From Oikopleura dioica (lineage: Eukaryota > Animalia > Chordata), in assembly GCA_907165135.1 (NCBI GenBank), contig OU015568.1:1922001-1986000 (forward strand): a DNA stretch of 64,000 nucleotides. The letters run 5' to 3'. The notes below the pieces were generated by a model. That model searched no databases, had not been told where the DNA came from, and was given only the letters and a program-made list of their open reading frames with translations. This document shows positions 59,469-64,000 of the stretch, piece after piece; the stretch's first letter is position 1; each line of letters starts with the position of its first letter. The position numbers and the translations under genes were made by a program.

Positions 59469-60064
59469 GAAGGGAAATACAATCTGGACAAAATCGTCGC
59501 CATTTCCTGACCGTATAGGAACCTGTCTAAACTCAGGCCCGGAGTGGGAAAACAGGTCTGTCTTCTGTCAGGGACAGGGTTTCGAGATTTGGTTCTCAAT
59601 TTTAGTCAGGTTCTCAGGACAATGCGAAAAAATATCCCTTTTTTACACGGGTCCCAAAAAAGGACCTGTCTTAGACATGTCGGATTGCCAAGCCCAGCGC
59701 CCTTCACCCGATTTATGAATTTTCGGACCCGCTAACATGCGAAGGAAACTGGAAAAGCTAATGTGAACTTTAATCTTTACGAAAGGTATTTTCATAATTG
59801 GTCATAAATCCGCTTCCGAACGAACTTTTTGTTTTTTTATCATATTATTACGGGCGTATGACTTGAGTCATAAAAAAGACGTCGTCTTTTCTAAAAAATA
59901 ATAACCCCGATATTTTTTTGCTGATTTTTAATTCGGAAGATCGGATTTGGCTCTTCAAGGAAATTTCCAAAAAAGCTCGTTTCTCAATTTTCAAAAATTT
60001 ATTGCGACTATTAAAGTCAGAATACACTGTATAATACAGAAATACAAAAAGATAAAAAGAGTTT

Positions 60065-62235
60065 TCACCGCGTTCTGCGATGACGATGAAAGTCAGGCAT
60101 TTGGTCTTTGTTTCCATCCATCAGATGTTCCAAGGTTTCAATCTCGCTTTCACTGAAAGAAACATACATCGAGGGGAAACTTAAGGATAAACAAACTTGA
60201 TGAGCACGAGCGAAATTTCCCTAACTGCTCTGAATTCACCACAATTGTTGAGATGCTCGTTTTCAAGTCGAAAGAAATTCCAGATAAATCTTCGCAAAAG
60301 CTCGATAAACGCGAATAATGACTGCCAAACTTGAGAAAAGCCTGGACACGCTTGAGCGATGAAATATTTCGCAATCCAAGCAAAGCGGAAGAGAATGTCC
60401 TGAAGAATAGCAAGGTAGTAAATCCAGTTGCTTTCTCCGTGGCCGTAGATCAGTTCGTCCCGCAAAAGTTGTTTCTAAAATTGTGTTTTTGAAATGAACG
60501 AGAAGAATTCAAAGTACTTTTTCAAAATGCAAAAGTCCCCAATCCATTTTCAAATCCCAAAAAAGCGTAAAAATCGAGCCAATAACATATGCGAGCACCC
60601 AGAAGCCAAAAGAAGCGGAACTTCTTCTGTTATAAAGAATGAAAGAAAAAGCAACTTTGATAAATGATGTCGAATATTTCGCTGCGTTTTGAAGATGATG
60701 CCATTTTCGCTTTGGACTGTCCATTGCTCGGCGAATGCATTGGGCGAAGCGGATGTAAGCGGGCAGGATCCAGAAGATGAAGCGGAAGCCGTAGTCGATG
60801 CTTTCGGGAGAGCAGGGGTCGTTCATCAAGGTTGTTGAATTTGAGGGCGTTGAATTGCACGAGAGTTGATCTGTCTTATTGATCGTTTCTTAAGAAAAAT
60901 TGTCATAAAGAGGCAAGGTTCTTGACAACCTGGGTCAGGAGTAAAATTAAGAGGGATTCGCTCAGTTGAAATCAAGCAAACAGTCCTTTCGAAGTCCAAA
61001 AAGACTTGTCCAAGAGAGTTGAGTTGATCGGCGAACCAGAAATCGACAAAAGCCACTTGAATGAAGCCTGCTTTGACTTCCCGAACAAGCAGTTTCCAGA
61101 AAAACTTTTGCGTCGTCCAAAGATGCGTTCCTTTCAGTGGCGTAGAAACAAAAAGAAGACATAGAAGATCAAGAGAAATCGGGATGTAATTAACATGAGG
61201 GCCGTATGGTATTGAAAGGATGTTCGAAGAGAGCAGGAGAAAGATGAAAAGAAAAATTAACCATAAAAGAAGAAGGCCGAATCCAACGCAGCCCATTTGA
61301 ACGGCACTCAGTCGGTCTCGAGGGTTTATTTCGAAGATCAAGACACTGTTCACTCCTGCTGCTGCCCAGCCATACATGTTCAAAGCGAAGAAAATAATGA
61401 AAATGGCGACTAAGAGAGTCGGCCGAAAAAGAAGAATGATCGTGTCCAAATTATCGTCAAAATCAAAATCAGCTCTGTTGATATAAAACAAGAACACATT
61501 CGCCAACAGGAAAACCAATGAACAGCCAGTGAGCGCTCCCAAAATGTAGAGATACTCGTTTGTTTTTCCATGAACTATATCCGTAATTGGGGGGACGCGG
61601 AGCTTATTCATGGCTTGTTTCGAATCTCCTCCTTCAAGTCGTGTCATGAGCGATTCTAGATGACGAGTGATACTGAGCGTCAAAGACCGAATGTTGAAAC
61701 GAGCATTTTCGATATTGTCGGCCATGAATTGAGCGCCTTCAGAAGAAGACATGATTTTGTCGTGCTTCTTGTTGATTTTTCGGAAAGCTGTATAGTTGAG
61801 CTCTTGAAAAGTCTTCAATTTTTGAATGAACAAGTAAAACTCGCAGATCGCGTCTTTCAAATTCTTTGTCTCCTTCCGTGTCATTAAATCTGAGTCTTCG
61901 CAATTTCGAGAAATGTCTGCAAGCTGACGATTTGCGTAACTGATCTATACTCGAAATAAAAAATCAAATTTCTTTATGAAAAGTACCTTTTCATTGAAGA
62001 ACAAGTTGACTTTCTCAATCTCCATGTCCTGTAACTCAAAAAACTCCAAAGAAAGTCTCTCTTTTTCTCTATTCAGAAAATCCGCGGAAATCATCGACTT
62101 CATAATTTTAAACTTGACATCATTTTCTCCTCCATCTTCTAGCCTCGTGATGATTCTTTTGAGCTTGTTGTAGTCGACATATTCCGACCTCCATTCAGAA
62201 GTGAGCTTTTCTTGAATCTCTTGGCCGAATTTCAT
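60065..62235 (-). CDS. XPR1: Xenotropic and polytropic retrovirus receptor 1 / SPX-EXS phosphate exporter
   Basis: MKFG...EWRSEYVDYNKLK (SPX), LNYTAFRKINKKHDK, FVDFWFADQLNSL, YIRFAQCIRR, NAAKYST, WDLKMDWGL, RFIWNFFRLENEHLNNCGEFRAVR. Confidence 0.96.
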
Positions 62236-62447
62236 CTCTTTTTATCTCAAGATTGGGTCTTGAGCTATTTTCGATGAAAAATAGGTCATCAACTTTATTG
62301 CTGACACGCCATACCTATTTACGGTGAAAAATTCTTACTTTTAATTGCTGCGACCTACATATTGTCTGATTTTGTTTAGCTCATTGTCGAAAGAAAATTT
62401 ATTCATTTTATTGATTGTTAAATTCTAGTGACAAAAGGGATAGACAA

Positions 62448-64000
62448 TCAATCGTTCTTTTCTTTTGTATCTTTCTTAAATTTTTCAGGATTGTTGAAAA
62501 ATTCTTCTGCCCCTCGATCGTCGTAAGCATCGGCACACCAAGTGTTTCCGGCAATAAAAATGCTATAATCAGCTATTAAAATAAAAACAGTGGTTACAAC
62601 AAGACCTGCCAGAACTTGCAAAAGACCTAAAGCTCCAAAAATGTTAAAAAAGTAAAATTGACTTGACCCTGAAAAACATTATCGGCCCCGACCCTAGATG
62701 ACCTTGAAAAATGACAATTAAAAAGGAGGGAACAGGCTGTAAAAGTGTCGGACAAGCAGTCAGGAGTCAAGAGTCAAGTTCTCATAAAGGAGCTGAAAAA
62801 CTGTTTTTAGCTACCTTGGACGTAGAATTGTTCACAATCAGGCCAACCTGTACGTGAAAGGCTCGATTTTCAGAGAAAAATACGAGAGAATGATCAATCC
62901 TCTTCCAGAAACAAAGATCCGGGTATTTATAATTTCCAGTGGAAAATTCCCGAAAACATTAGATAAAACTTATTTAATCAAAGTGCATTGATTGCGACTG
63001 CATCGGATTTTTACGACAAAAAGGAAAGAAAGTTTATTTATTCCCGGACAAAATTTTGACAAGTCGGAGCATTCACACTCAGAAATATGACACAAACAGA
63101 GCGAAGAAGAAGAAAAAGTGGAAGAAAAAAATCACCTCGCAAGCTAGTTTGGCAGAGCATGGGAACGCAACAACTGCTCAAAAATACACTTATCTTTCGC
63201 TGGGTTCTTTGTTCTGGATTACGATTATGCTCATAGGTATTTTGTTTTATTTTACTCGTAGCCGAGCGCGCAGCAGTCTAGCTGCAACGACACGCCCCGG
63301 TGCTCGAAATACGGGAAGCTTATTGGCGTTGAAGGCATATTTACGCTAACCGCTCCCCGACGGGTTAACTATACGACGACAAATGTGCCATTAGGGTTCT
63401 TTCCGAAATTTAAACTTTCAGAGTTTTTTTCTCCTAAAACTTCTAATTAAGGGGATGGTAGTCGGTTTTGCGAAAATTGGAATTTTGAATTCCTCTTTTC
63501 AGATTCTGAAAGCTCGTAAAGAGAGCTACAAAATTCCTATTTAAAACCGACTACAAACCCCTTAACAGCAAATGTTTACTCCCTGGAGAAATCTCGCGGT
63601 GTCACAACTTATCTGACTTCGACTTGCCATCGAAATTACAAAGAATGTCTCAAAATCGCCACAATGGATTACTGCGGGCATTTGATGAAAATATGCGTTA
63701 TAAGTAAAAGATTTCTGCGCCCCCTGCCAGTAACCAAGATCGAACAAGAAAAACCTGCACGTGTTGTTTTTTCCGAAGAGGAAAACGGAAGAAATCTTCT
63801 GCGCTGTCAAAAGAAACAGTTTTACGACCAAAAGATTTGTCGCCATCTGTGTTCGAAAACGCTCGTTTTGGAGTCAACAAGAACAAACCCGATTTCTCCT
63901 TGCGAGTCGATGTGTTTTGAATTGACAAGATCTAATGGCCAGGTTTGTCCATTCCAAAAGAATTGTAGAAATGGCTGTCCTTGTCCTTCTTACGAGTGCG
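62448..64000 (-). CDS. Partial membrane protein with a C-terminal TM helix and a possible SRCR-like ectodomain; runs off the window end
   Basis: The last exon encodes FGALGLLQVLAGLVVTTVFILIA...*. Upstream open segments include WNGQTWPLD..., DLGYWQGA...VIHCGDFE and GWPDCEQ. The exon chain is not resolved. Confidence 0.4.

Noticed and set aside
59189-59470. Pro/Ser-rich plus-strand ORF
   Set aside because: Antisense shadow of the collagen Gly-X-Y exon.
59480-59720. Repeated ACCTGTC/GACAGG motifs as another MITE
   Set aside because: I could not define terminal inverted repeats or a TSD.
1-64000. CRISPR arrays, rRNA, 5S/SL or U snRNA genes, prokaryotic operons
   Set aside because: I found no regularly spaced repeat-spacer array and no recognisable rRNA/snRNA motifs; spliceosomal introns show the DNA is eukaryotic.

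Overview
This is compact, AT-rich animal DNA: gene-dense, with mostly 40-110 nt introns, several GA-AG/GG-AG/GC-AG introns, and closely spaced co-oriented genes. This architecture best fits a larvacean tunicate such as Oikopleura dioica (inferred, not proven). I reconstructed about 23 spliced or single-exon genes by hand, so most boundaries are approximate. Recognisable genes: an AA15 lytic polysaccharide monooxygenase with CBM14, CEP170-like, an RNF4-like SIM-RING protein, a BRO1-domain protein, DPP7, a GPM6/PLP proteolipid, a long ADAMTS-like gene, a tandem pair of secreted C-type-lectin-like paralogs, a GH20 beta-hexosaminidase, an SLC25 carrier, a RING protein, a PLA2-like protein, a two-CysD (WxxW) protein, a collagen-like exon, XPR1 and one tRNA-Leu(TAA). 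Several families of non-autonomous inverted-repeat elements (MITEs) are present. The strongest finding is a ~645 bp TIR element inserted in the coding sequence of one lectin paralog (41177-41821). Its target duplication and termini form a GG...CAG intron whose removal restores the reading frame exactly, while the adjacent paralog has no intron at that codon. This looks like transposon-driven intron gain with the ancestral state preserved next door.
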